Assembly (NCBI GenBank): GCA_963422525.1
Contig: OY730226.1
Coordinates: 958,453 to 1,022,452 of the forward strand
Reading direction: 5' to 3'
Length of the DNA: 64,000 nt
Origin: Dehalococcoidia bacterium
Lineage (GTDB): Bacteria; Chloroflexota; Dehalococcoidia; Lucifugimonadales; JADFKI01
The position numbers and the translations under genes were made by a program. Shown one piece after another: positions 49,165 through 58,730 of this stretch. Under the pieces are notes generated by a model. It saw nothing but the letters and a program-made list of their open reading frames with translations, was not told the DNA's origin and did not search any database. Numbering within the stretch: the stretch's first letter is position 1; each line of letters starts with the position of its first letter.

Positions 49165-50289
49165 ATGGAATCGGACAAGCTGAAATACTGGTTGGCGTTC
49201 AATCGGATTCGCGGCATAGGCAGGGCGCGCTTCAAACTGCTTGAAGACTACTTCGAGTCGATGGAAGCGGCATGGGCTGGCAGCCAAGCGGAATATCGTC
49301 GTGCGGGTCTCGATAGGCGCACGATTGCCTCGATCGTCAGTGGCAAGCAGAAGGTTGACCCCGACGCCGAGATAGACCTGCTGGATCGCAGCGGTGTTCG
49401 CGCGCTCACTTGGCACGACGACGAGTACCCGGCGCGTTTGAAGCAGATATACGACCTGCCGCCGCTCATCTATCTCAAAGGCAGCCTGTTGCCTGACGAT
49501 GAACGCTCGCTGGCGGTAGTGGGCACACGCAATCCGTCAGCGTATGGGCGTCAGGTGACCGAGCGGCTGGTGTATGATATTTCCATCGCAGGTGTTATCA
49601 TCGTCAGCGGCCTGGCGCGTGGCGTGGATGGCATAGTGCACCGCGCCACCCTAGACGCCGGTCAGCGCACAATTGCCGTGCTCGGAAGCGGGCTGGACAT
49701 CATCTACCCGCGAGAGCATAGCAATCTTGCCGAGAAGATTGCTGAAAACGGAGCGTTAATCTCCGAACATCCGCTTGGCGCTAGGCCGGACGCCCGCAAC
49801 TTTCCGCGCCGTAACAGGATTATGAGCGGAATGACACTCGGCACGCTAGTCATAGAGGCGGGCATGAAAAGCGGCGCGCTCATAACCGCGCGGCAAGCGC
49901 TAGATGAGAACCGCGAGGTTTTCGCCGTGCCCGGCAGCATCTACTCGGAGAACAGCAAAGGCGCTAATCGGCTCATCAGAGAGTCGGCAGCGAAGTTGGT
50001 GACCTGCTGTAAGGATGTACTCGAAGAGCTAAACTTGACGGCGGTAACGCAGCAGATAGAGATGACTGCGCTGTTCCCGGAGGATGAGAACGAAGCCGAA
50101 CTGCTGCGATACATCACCTTCGATCCCGTGCATATCGATGAGGTTTGCCGCAGTTCTGAAAGATCCGCGTCCGATGTGAGCGGCGCCCTCGCAATGATGG
50201 AACTCAAAGGACTCGTAAAACAGGTCGGAGGCATGAACTATGTTAGGATGCGTGAAGCCTCCGGTGGATATTCTGTAACCGCAGTGTGA
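49165..50289 (+). CDS. dprA: DNA-processing protein DprA
   Basis: Rossmann-like core (AVVGTRNPSAYG, VSGLARGVDGIVHRATL, AVLGSGLD.IYP) and a C-terminal winged helix. It lies upstream of topA, a common arrangement. Confidence 0.92.
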   Translation: MESDKLKYWLAFNRIRGIGRARFKLLEDYFESMEAAWAGSQAEYRRAGLDRRTIASIVSGKQKVDPDAEIDLLDRSGVRALTWHDDEYPARLKQIYDLPPLIYLKGSLLPDDERSLAVVGTRNPSAYGRQVTERLVYDISIAGVIIVSGLARGVDGIVHRATLDAGQRTIAVLGSGLDIIYPREHSNLAEKIAENGALISEHPLGARPDARNFPRRNRIMSGMTLGTLVIEAGMKSGALITARQALDENREVFAVPGSIYSENSKGANRLIRESAAKLVTCCKDVLEELNLTAVTQQIEMTALFPEDENEAELLRYITFDPVHIDEVCRSSERSASDVSGALAMMELKGLVKQVGGMNYVRMREASGGYSVTAV

Positions 50290-50297
50290 GAGGAAGA

Positions 50298-52592
50298 ATG
50301 GCAAAAGATATTGTAGTCGTAGAATCACCCGCGAAAGCCCGCACGGTCGGGCGCTTTCTTGGCAGCGGATACTCCACGCTTGCCTCGATGGGGCACGTGC
50401 GCGACCTGCCCAAAGGCAAAATGGGCGTAGAAATTGATGATGAAGGCTTCCATCCCACCTACACCGTCATGTCCGACAAGAAGAAGATCGTTACGCAGCT
50501 TCGCAAAGCATCCAAAGATGCCGAGATCGTGTACCTGGCGACCGACCCCGACCGCGAAGGCGAGGCAATATCGTGGCACCTGCTGGACGCCGCGAAAATC
50601 GACGTCTCCAAGGTGAAGCGCGTCGTGTTTCACGAAATCACGAAAGAGGCAATCAGCGAGGCGTTCGACCACCCGCGCGAACTTGACTACAACCTAATCG
50701 ACGCACAGCAGGCGCGCCGCATACTAGATAGGCTTGTCGGCTACCGCCTGAGCCCCGTTCTGTGGGGCAAGGTGAGGCGCGGCTTGTCCGCCGGGCGCGT
50801 GCAATCGGTGGCGCTTCGCCTCGTCGTTGACCGCGAGCGCGAGATTGACGCCTTCACGCCGGTCGAGCACTGGAGCATCGACGCTATGCTCGCCAAGCAG
50901 GCGCTGGTTGATGCCAAGCGTATCGAGTTCAAGGCGGCGCTGCATTCGCTCAAAGACGAGAAGCGGATTGAGATCCCCAACGGCGAACGCGCGAGTGAAT
51001 TGACGACTGACTTGGACGGAGCCGCTTTCAGCGTGGAATCGGTACGGAAACGTGAGACGCGCCGCCGACCGGCAGCCCCGTTCATCACCTCCACATTGCA
51101 GCAGGAAGCCTCCCGCAAACTTCGATTCACCGCGCGCCGCACAATGCAGGTGGCGCAGCAACTCTACGAAGGCTTGGCTATCGGCGACGAAGGTGAAGTC
51201 GGACTCATCACTTATATGCGTACAGACTCCACGAATGTCGCCGCGCCCGCCCTCAAAGAGGCGAGCGACTACATCAAAGCCAAATTCGGCGCAAAGTACG
51301 CCCCCAGAGCGCCCCGTACCTACACGAAGAAGGTGAAGGGCGCGCAAGAAGCGCATGAAGCCGTTCGCCCGACATCCATACTGCGCGCGCCGCAGGACAT
51401 CCGCGCATACCTGAACAACGAGCAATTCAGACTGTACGACCTTATCTGGAAACGCATGCTAGCAAGCCAGATGACGGATGCGCTCTTCGACTCCACCAGA
51501 GTTGACATCACCGCCAAGAGCGGCAAATCGTCGAACGAGTATCTCTTCCGCGCCACCGGCTCCGTCCTGAAGTTCGCCGGCTTCCGCACGCTCTACATGG
51601 AAGGCTCTGACGACAACGACGACGCCGATGAGGACACGCCCCCGCTGCCGGATCTTGCTAACGGCGATTCGCTGGACTGCCTCGGCATTACGCCCGACCA
51701 GCACTTCACGCAGCCGCCGCCGCGCTTCACCGAGCCGACGCTCATTCGTGCCTTAGAAGAGCGAGGCATCGGCAGACCAAGCACCTATGCCCCCATCATG
51801 AGCACCATCATGGACAGGGACTATGTCCTTAAGGACGGCGGAAGATTCGTTCCGACAAGGCTTGGCATCGTCGTTACCGACCTGCTCACCGCCAACTTTC
51901 CGGATGTGATGAATGTAGGCTTCACGGCGACGATGGAGCAGCAGCTCGACAACATCGCCGAAGGTCAGCGCGCTTGGGAGCCGATGTTGAAAGAGTTCTA
52001 CGAGCCCTTCGACCAGCTCATCGAAAAGACGATGAAAGAGGCAGAGCGCGTGCCGCGTGAGCTTCTCGAAGAGGAGACCGGAGAGTTCTGCGAGAAGTGC
52101 GAAAACCCAATGGTCATCAAGTCCGGTCGCTTTGGGCGATTCATGGCATGCAAAGGCTACCCGGAGTGCAAGAACACTCGCCCGATAGAGTCGGACGAAG
52201 AGCGCGCGATCAGAGTGCGCGTAAGCGAAGAGACGGATGCCCACTGCGAAAAGTGCGAACGACCTATGGTAGTGAAATCCGGCCGTAACGGGCGCTTCCT
52301 CGCTTGCAGCGGCTATCCGGAGTGCAAGAACGCCAAACCACTGCCCGTCGGCGTCGATTGCCCGAAGTGCGGCGGTGAGCTGGTGGAGCGCAAGCAGCGC
52401 GGTCGCAATGGCAAGATATTCTACGGCTGCGTTAACTATCCTGAATGCAAGACGGTGGTCAACCCGCTGCCGCAGCCCTGCCCCGACTGCGGCGAACTAC
52501 TCGCCTCCGCGGGGCGCGGCAAGGCTCGCTGCCTGGATGATGCCTGTGGCTATGAGGGCGCTGTGCCGCAGGCTGAGACGGCGGCCGTGTAA
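50298..52592 (+). CDS. topA: DNA topoisomerase I
   Basis: Toprim start VVVESPAKA, the active-site tyrosine region ITYMRTDST, and four C-terminal CxxC...CxxC zinc ribbons. ATG at 50298 after GAGGAAG. Confidence 0.95.
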   Translation: MAKDIVVVESPAKARTVGRFLGSGYSTLASMGHVRDLPKGKMGVEIDDEGFHPTYTVMSDKKKIVTQLRKASKDAEIVYLATDPDREGEAISWHLLDAAKIDVSKVKRVVFHEITKEAISEAFDHPRELDYNLIDAQQARRILDRLVGYRLSPVLWGKVRRGLSAGRVQSVALRLVVDREREIDAFTPVEHWSIDAMLAKQALVDAKRIEFKAALHSLKDEKRIEIPNGERASELTTDLDGAAFSVESVRKRETRRRPAAPFITSTLQQEASRKLRFTARRTMQVAQQLYEGLAIGDEGEVGLITYMRTDSTNVAAPALKEASDYIKAKFGAKYAPRAPRTYTKKVKGAQEAHEAVRPTSILRAPQDIRAYLNNEQFRLYDLIWKRMLASQMTDALFDSTRVDITAKSGKSSNEYLFRATGSVLKFAGFRTLYMEGSDDNDDADEDTPPLPDLANGDSLDCLGITPDQHFTQPPPRFTEPTLIRALEERGIGRPSTYAPIMSTIMDRDYVLKDGGRFVPTRLGIVVTDLLTANFPDVMNVGFTATMEQQLDNIAEGQRAWEPMLKEFYEPFDQLIEKTMKEAERVPRELLEEETGEFCEKCENPMVIKSGRFGRFMACKGYPECKNTRPIESDEERAIRVRVSEETDAHCEKCERPMVVKSGRNGRFLACSGYPECKNAKPLPVGVDCPKCGGELVERKQRGRNGKIFYGCVNYPECKTVVNPLPQPCPDCGELLASAGRGKARCLDDACGYEGAVPQAETAAV

Positions 52593-52683
52593 CCGCCGCC
52601 GCATACTCTCATTATACCCGGGGTTGCTGCCAGAGCGCCCTTTCTGTCAAACTTCGGCCCCGCCTAACTGCATTACAAGCCGG

Positions 52684-53628
52684 ATGTGCGCTTTGCGACT
52701 GCGCCTGTTTGCTATCTTCACTATCCTGTCCCTGCTGCTCATCGCCTGCGACATGCCGGCGGCGAGCAGCCCTGTGTTGCCGTCCCCTGTGCCGACCGCC
52801 ACGCCGCGCGCAACTGCCACGCCTACACCGCCGCCGCCGCCCACTCCAACGGCAGTGCCCACACCGCCGCCGACACCCACGGCAATGCCCACGCCGCCGC
52901 CGATACCCGCCCCAACGGCAGCCGCCATCAGCAGCGCCGCGCCGCCGGACGACACTCCGGGCGCAATCATAGACGCAGCCCTAGTCAACATGCGCAGGCT
53001 TACCTCCTTCCACGCCGATGTGGACGCCGTCTTCAAGGTCGTCCAGACCGAAGCAAGCTTCAGGATGGATGAGCAGACTTTTGGATCTGAGTTCCCCATC
53101 CGCTTCACCGGGGACTTCCAGTCGCCTGATCGCGCCGCCGGCAAGTTGCTGCTGTCGCTCGGTTTCGCAGCCCTCGAAGTGGACATCATCACGATAGGCG
53201 ACGACGCCTACATCACCAATCCTGAAACGGGCATCTGGGAGAGATACCCCCTCATCTACACGGGCATGCCGGACCCCTACGACTTCGTGCTGCTCCCTGT
53301 AGGCGCATCGCGTTACACCGACATTCAAGTCGTAGGCGACAAGACGATTGACGACGTACAGACACAGCACATCAAGGCGAACTTGCACGCCAGCGTACTC
53401 GGCAACTCTTACGACAACCTCTATCTGCAGATGTGGATAGGGGTAGAGGACAACCTCATACGCCGCTTGAGCATAGCAGGCGAAACCACCGCAGACGCGC
53501 AAGACTCCGCAGGCTTGGCAGGCAGCTCGCTCGGCGCAGACGACATCGGCGGCAAAGTCGAATTCAGCATGACCGTAACCTACTCCAACTTCAACCTGCC
53601 TCTAGCAATTGAGCCGCCTATCCAGTAA
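52684..53628 (+). CDS. Putative lipoprotein with a Thr/Pro-rich linker
   Basis: Lipobox LLLIAC after a basic/hydrophobic signal (MCALRLRLFAIFTILS), a long TP-rich linker, then a globular domain of about 200 aa (possibly LolA/LppX-like; I cannot confirm this). The upstream ORF-track extension overlaps topA. Confidence 0.65.
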   Translation: MCALRLRLFAIFTILSLLLIACDMPAASSPVLPSPVPTATPRATATPTPPPPPTPTAVPTPPPTPTAMPTPPPIPAPTAAAISSAAPPDDTPGAIIDAALVNMRRLTSFHADVDAVFKVVQTEASFRMDEQTFGSEFPIRFTGDFQSPDRAAGKLLLSLGFAALEVDIITIGDDAYITNPETGIWERYPLIYTGMPDPYDFVLLPVGASRYTDIQVVGDKTIDDVQTQHIKANLHASVLGNSYDNLYLQMWIGVEDNLIRRLSIAGETTADAQDSAGLAGSSLGADDIGGKVEFSMTVTYSNFNLPLAIEPPIQ

Positions 53629-54280
53629 AGCCGCCCTAATGCCCAAGCGACCTTTCTGAGGAGCCGGATGAAATGTCCACAGCAGCGCTTGGCTACCGGC
53701 GCAACACAAAGACCTTCCCGCTGATTTGTAAATATTTCAGCAGCAAAATCTTCTTCTTCCAATGTGATTGCGGATGCAGGAGGCAGAGTGATGTTCGACG
53801 AACTCGGTCCCCCCATGGCCGCTTCACTATTGCGGCGCTGAACCACCCGCAAATACGCGCAATCCCTCCACTGCCGATACTTTCAAGGCGTTGCAAGGCG
53901 TAACCCAGAGTGTTCAGCCGAAAGACCACGGGCTGCTTCCGTGTATGAAGCGCTTTTATGGCAACGTCGGGCCTTCGCTGGCGTGCAGGGTTGTGCAAAT
54001 CTAAAGCCGCGCCAGAGAGACGATGCGAATAGATACTATGGGCGGCGCGGAAACCCACATCGGTGTGATTTCTCATATCAGCAAAGTGTCGCTTGAGCAA
54101 AATACCACATAGCTGCCCGATTCTTTAGAGGCTAGGGCAATCAGCGACAGGCTCGGCGGCATGATAGTTACGCAAATGACCATTCATGTGGACGAAATCG
54201 CATCCTGCCCCAACGCCGAAGACCTGTTAAGTTACACTTTCTGCCCCCGAAGCTTGTCCAGTCAATATCGGCAAATAATA

Positions 54281-55143
54281 GGCATTCTCTACAGGGGTTA
54301 AAGTGGTGTGGTGCGTCGCGCTGTATGCAAATAGCGAGGCGACGCTAAATCGGGGGGCTGATGTCAGCGCGTCCATACAGCGAAGACAGGCAGCGTCGGC
54401 GCTGTGGCAGCAACCGGCTGCGCAAGTACGGACATCCTAGGGGCAGGCAGCCGTACAGTTGCGGCGATTCCCACTGCAAGTTCACCACCGAAGGTAGCCG
54501 CAGTTACTATTCGGAGGCTGTGAAGCGGCAGGCATTGAGCCTGTACGGAGAAGGTATGAGCGTATCCGCGATAAGCGGGATGATAGGGTGATGGAGGTGA
54601 AACTGTGCGCTGCGCCCCCGTGGGTCAAAGAAAGTCTGTCAGTCGGATGCGGCGGTGAAATTGGAGCGCAGGCGGCGGTGGGCGGTCGGCAAGCCCGCTA
54701 AGGTCATATCCTTTGATGAGATGCGGACATATGTATGTTCAAAGGCGCAAGGGCAAGCATAATTCGGTATGAGGATGGATATATGGATATGGTCGTAGTA
54801 GAAGATGGGTATGGCAGTCTGTGGCATATCTATGAGGTGGGAGGTCGTGATGAGGCTGCCTTTGTGAAACTATATGAGAGTATGCATGATGCGAGGCTGA
54901 GGCTGTATAGGAGCGGTGGCTACAATGCGAACGGGTGGTTGCCATCTGATAGGAGCAAGGTAGGCAAAGGCAGCGAAGTGAACAGGAATGAGGGGTTGGG
55001 CTCTGTGTTGAGGGACAAGTTGAACAGGCTGGTTCGCAAGACGAAGGGCTGCTCAAAGAGCATACGGACGCCGGACGCTTCGTTGGCGCCGATATGGGCA
55101 AGACAAGGCTGGATCTGACACTTCAACGCTTATAGAGAATGCC
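54281..55143 (+). mobile_element. IS1-family insertion sequence, decayed
   Basis: Terminal inverted repeats: GGCATTCTCTACAGGGGTTAAAGTG (54281->) against the reverse complement of 55143<- GGCATTCTCTATAAGCGTTGAAGTG (20/25 identical, first 11 perfect). An internal IS1-type transposase is broken into several frames. No target-site duplication is visible. Confidence 0.75.
54361..55118 (+). pseudogene. IS1-family transposase (InsA/InsB-like), interrupted by stop codons and frameshifts
   Basis: InsA-like zinc finger plus HTH (CGSNRLRKYG...YSCGDSHCKF, ALSLYGEGMSVSAISGMIG). InsB-like pieces lie in different frames (VISFDEMRTYVCSK, IWIW, EVGGRDEAAFVKLY, NRNEGLGSVLRDKLNRLVRKTKGCSKS). There are more breaks than the single programmed frameshift of IS1. 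Confidence 0.75.
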
Positions 55144-55183
55144 CACAAGCCTTCAAAATCAAAATCTCCCATCCTTTCTTGAC

Positions 55184-55213
55184 AAAAAAGAGGGCAAGGC
55201 CGTAGCCCTGCCC
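55184..55213 (-). terminator. Rho-independent terminator of the candidate tracrRNA
   Basis: On the minus strand: GGGCAGGGC-UACG-GCCUUGCCC (9-bp stem, one G.U) followed by UCUUUUUU. Confidence 0.7.
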
Positions 55214-55303
55214 AATTTTATGCCATAAGTCTTGTTAACGGTTGGTACTCTCGCTGACGCGATTTCCCCAAGGTTCCCCGATCTCCCTTCGGCTACAACC
55301 ATT
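55184..55303 (-). ncRNA. Candidate tracrRNA (5' end approximate)
   Basis: The minus-strand RNA would read AAUGGUUGUAGCCGAAGGGAGAUCGGGGAAC-[28 nt]-CAACCGUUAACAAGACUUAUGGCAUAAAAUUGGGCAGGGCUACGGCCUUGCCCUCUUUUUU. The first block pairs with repeat nt 10-36 and the second with repeat nt 1-10 of a minus-strand crRNA, and the RNA ends in a strong intrinsic terminator. The spurious ORF 55159..55344(-) translates to VVAEGRSGN, mirroring IIAEGRSGNNRN from the array. Confidence 0.6.
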
Positions 55304-55436
55304 GGTATAACATATAGCCTTATGCGCACGGGAGAGCATATCATTGTTTTAATGTAGAGGCAATCCTGAATAAGGTATGCTTGCGCCTAAATTGGGTGCA
55401 AGCAGATTGGGCAAGTGACTTGATAAGGAGAGCATT

Positions 55437-58400
55437 ATGAGTACGAATAACGTGAAGTATAGGCTCGGACTTGATATGGGCACGAACTCCATTGGATGGG
55501 CGGCTGTCAAACTTGATACGGATGACAAACCCTGCGGAATACTGGATATGGGCGTCCGTATCTTCCCTGACGGGCGTAACCCAACGGACAAGACGTCCAA
55601 CGCTGTGGAGCGCAGACTTGCGCGTGGACAGCGGCGGCGGCGCGACCGCTACTTGAAGCGCCGTGAAAAACTTTTAAGCGCGCTTGTCGAATACGGCTTG
55701 ATGCCGCAGGACGAGAATGAGCGCAAGGCTATCGCCAATGATAACCTGCTAGACCCTTACGAACTCAGGGCGCGCGCCCTTGACTATCCGCTGAGCCCCT
55801 TCGAATTGGGACGATCTATATTCCATATCGATCAGCGGCGTGGCTTCAAGTCGAACCGCAAAGCGGCGGGCGATGACAACGAAGCCCAAAAGACGCGCGC
55901 CGATATAGATGAACTTCGCCGTCGCATCGCGCAAAGCGGCGCTCGAACGCTAGGCGAATACCTAGCACGCCGTCGCAAGAAGAGCAAAGCCGTCCGAGCG
56001 CGGCCCGATATGGGACTATATCCCGACCGCGCTCTGTACGAGGATGAGTTCGGCAAGATACAGGCAATCCAACAGCCGCATCAAAATCTCAATGACGAAA
56101 ATTGGGACAACTTGCGCAAAATCATATTCTACCAGCGCCCCTTGGAACCTGTGGACTCCGGATGGTGTCTGTTCGAGGACGGAGAGCGTCGTGCGGAGCG
56201 CGCTCTGCCGCTGTTCCAAGAGTTCCGCATGCTTCAAGAAGTCGCCAATCTCAAAATACGGGTTGGCGCGGAGCCGGACCGTTTCCTACATCACGACGAG
56301 CGTGAGCGCGCTATGGAGCGGCTGCGCTCCGGCAAAGACATAACTCTCAGCAAAGGCAAGAACAACACGGCCGCCAACCCCACAAGAGACTTGGGTCTGC
56401 CGTCAGGCGCTACTTTCAATCTTGCCGCCGGTGGCCGCAAAGCAATCAAGGGCGATGAGACGGCAGCAAAGTTAGCGGCGAAACCAAAGACCGAGACGGA
56501 AAAGAAGCCGGCTGAGCCGGGCTTGTTCGGCAAGAAATGGCTTATCCTTTTACTCGACGAGCGCAATGAAATCGTGAAGTTCCTGCTGAATACTGAAGAA
56601 CCGGACGCAGTTCGTGAGAAGGCGATTGCCGATTGGGGGCTGAATGAAGCGCAGGCCGTCGCCGTATCCAATGTCTCGCTCGTGAGCGGCTACGGCAACC
56701 TGAGCGAAAAAGCCATCCGAAAGATACGCCCACACATGCAGAAAGGGTTAGGATACTCGGATGCGGTTCTTGCCGCCGGATACCTCCACCATTCGGACTT
56801 CCGAAACGCCGAATCCCGTGAAAGGCTGCCCTACTACGGCGAAGTTCTCCCCCGAGACGCGGTAGGCGCTGATCCGACCAAAGACCCTGAGAAAGACGGC
56901 GAACCCGCGCGCTACGGTCGCATCGCCAACCCAACCGTGCATATCGGACTGAACCAGTTGCGCCGCGTCGTCAATCGCCTGACGGAGGTTCACGGCAAGC
57001 CGGAAGAGATAGTCGTCGAGCTGGCGCGCGACCTCAAGATGAGCCGTGAACAGAAACGCAACTACGAGCAGCGTCAAAATGAGGGCGGCGATCGCAACGA
57101 GCGTTTTAGGAAGATGCTAGAAGAATCTGGATTAACCGTATCCGCGAACACGCTTCGCAAGCTTCGTCTGTGGGAAGAGCAAGGGCCACCCCAGAAGCGG
57201 ATTTGTCCGTACAGCGGGAAGCCTTTATCCTTCGGCATGGTGGTGTCTGCGCAGACCGAGATTGATCACATCCTGCCATTCTCCCGCACCCTGGACAACT
57301 CAGTGAGCAACATGGTCGTCTGCATGGTCGCCGCCAACCGCGCGAAAGGCAACAGGTCGCCCTACGAAGCGTTCGGGCACAATCCGCCCGGATACTACTA
57401 CGACGAGATACTCGCCAATGTCGCAGATTTTCCCGGCAACAAGCGCTGGCGCTTCCAGACGGACGCCATGGAACGCTTCGAGAGCGATGACGCATTTCTC
57501 GACCGCCAGCTGAACGAAACGCAGTACCTGTCCAGAACCGCCCGCACATATCTTGCCCATCTGTACGACGAGAAAACAGAGGGCAAGCAGAGAGCGCGCG
57601 CCATCCCGGGGCGCATGACGGCTCTGCTCAGGCGCGGCTGGGGACTGAACGGCATGCTGAGCGAGTTTGGGGAAGATGAGACCACTCGCAAGCAGCGCGA
57701 CGACCATCGGCACCACGCGATAGACGCCTTCGTGGTTGCGAATACGACGCCAGGATTGCTTCACCAATTCGCAAGAGCCGCCGGCTCATCCTGGCAGGAC
57801 GCGGCAAAGAGCCTCGCAAAATTGACGCCGCCACCCTGGGAAGGCTTCAGCAGAGAGCATCTAAAACCGTACCTCGACAACATCGTCGTATCCTACAAGC
57901 CTGACCACGGAACGCGCGGCGTTAAGGCAGGCGGCGCAACCACCGGCCAACTGCACAACGAAACTGCTTACGGGATCATAGAACTGGTTGAAGATGGCCA
58001 GTCTGAAATAGTAGCGCGCAAGCCCCTTTCATCAATCAGTCGCAAAGCATTGGATGGCGTGCGAGACCCTGCGCTAAAATCTGCGCTCCTAGAACTTTGG
58101 GACGAAGTTGGCGGCAGTAAGTCCAAATTCGCAGAACGCGCTGAACATAAAGGGGTCTTAATGAACGGACGGCGCCAGAAGGTACGGCGTGTCAGGATTG
58201 TCGAAACACAGCGCGTCATACCAATCAGAGACGGCGCTGGGAATCCGTACAAAGCCTATTTGCCGGGCGGCAATGAGTTCGCCGATATATGGCGGATGCG
58301 CGACGGGAGCTGGCGAACGATCGTCATCCCCACCTTCGACGCCAACCAGCCTGACTTTGACATCGAAAAGTTTCGCCCCAAAACGACTAAAGGCAAGCAT

Positions 58401-58730
58401 AAGGGAAAACCTGACCCAGCCGCGAGGCGACTTATGCGGCTTCAGATAGATGACATGGGGGCCTTCGGAGAGGGGATAGAACGCCGCGTCGTGCGAGTTC
58501 GGAAAATCACAAATGCCAAAGCAGGCGTATCCGTCGTACTGGATGAACATAATGAAGCCAATGTTCCTGCTCGTATAACGCGAGATATGCGTATACGAAG
58601 GGAAACAGGCATAGACGCTGGCATGAAAGAAAAAGCGTACTCCACTCAACAACTCCGCAGACTTGGCTTCCGCAAGATACATGTGGACGAGATAGGGCGC
58701 GTGCGCGACCCTAGACCATTTGCGTCATGA
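55437..58730 (+). CDS. cas9: Cas9, compact type II-C-like (1097 aa)
   Basis: RuvC-I GLDMGTNSIGWA (D13), Arg-rich bridge helix RRLARGQRRRRDRYLKRR, RuvC-II IVVELARD (E528), HNH EIDHILPF...SNMVV...ANRAKGNRSP (H611, N634), RuvC-III HHAIDAF (H760, D763). AAGGAG RBS. It overlaps cas1 by 4 nt. Confidence 0.95.
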   Translation: MSTNNVKYRLGLDMGTNSIGWAAVKLDTDDKPCGILDMGVRIFPDGRNPTDKTSNAVERRLARGQRRRRDRYLKRREKLLSALVEYGLMPQDENERKAIANDNLLDPYELRARALDYPLSPFELGRSIFHIDQRRGFKSNRKAAGDDNEAQKTRADIDELRRRIAQSGARTLGEYLARRRKKSKAVRARPDMGLYPDRALYEDEFGKIQAIQQPHQNLNDENWDNLRKIIFYQRPLEPVDSGWCLFEDGERRAERALPLFQEFRMLQEVANLKIRVGAEPDRFLHHDERERAMERLRSGKDITLSKGKNNTAANPTRDLGLPSGATFNLAAGGRKAIKGDETAAKLAAKPKTETEKKPAEPGLFGKKWLILLLDERNEIVKFLLNTEEPDAVREKAIADWGLNEAQAVAVSNVSLVSGYGNLSEKAIRKIRPHMQKGLGYSDAVLAAGYLHHSDFRNAESRERLPYYGEVLPRDAVGADPTKDPEKDGEPARYGRIANPTVHIGLNQLRRVVNRLTEVHGKPEEIVVELARDLKMSREQKRNYEQRQNEGGDRNERFRKMLEESGLTVSANTLRKLRLWEEQGPPQKRICPYSGKPLSFGMVVSAQTEIDHILPFSRTLDNSVSNMVVCMVAANRAKGNRSPYEAFGHNPPGYYYDEILANVADFPGNKRWRFQTDAMERFESDDAFLDRQLNETQYLSRTARTYLAHLYDEKTEGKQRARAIPGRMTALLRRGWGLNGMLSEFGEDETTRKQRDDHRHHAIDAFVVANTTPGLLHQFARAAGSSWQDAAKSLAKLTPPPWEGFSREHLKPYLDNIVVSYKPDHGTRGVKAGGATTGQLHNETAYGIIELVEDGQSEIVARKPLSSISRKALDGVRDPALKSALLELWDEVGGSKSKFAERAEHKGVLMNGRRQKVRRVRIVETQRVIPIRDGAGNPYKAYLPGGNEFADIWRMRDGSWRTIVIPTFDANQPDFDIEKFRPKTTKGKHKGKPDPAARRLMRLQIDDMGAFGEGIERRVVRVRKITNAKAGVSVVLDEHNEANVPARITRDMRIRRETGIDAGMKEKAYSTQQLRRLGFRKIHVDEIGRVRDPRPFAS

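Noticed and set aside
55273-55436. Alternative tracrRNA on the plus strand. The same anti-repeat would pair contiguously (26 positions) with the 5' end of a plus-strand crRNA and run toward cas9.
   Set aside because: Complementarity is symmetric, so it cannot decide polarity by itself. The plus-strand version has no terminator before the cas9 ATG and would require repeats starting ATTATAG, which is atypical for type II. The minus-strand version has a strong terminator, GTTG-type repeats and TATAAT promoters. This is kept as the less likely model, not excluded.
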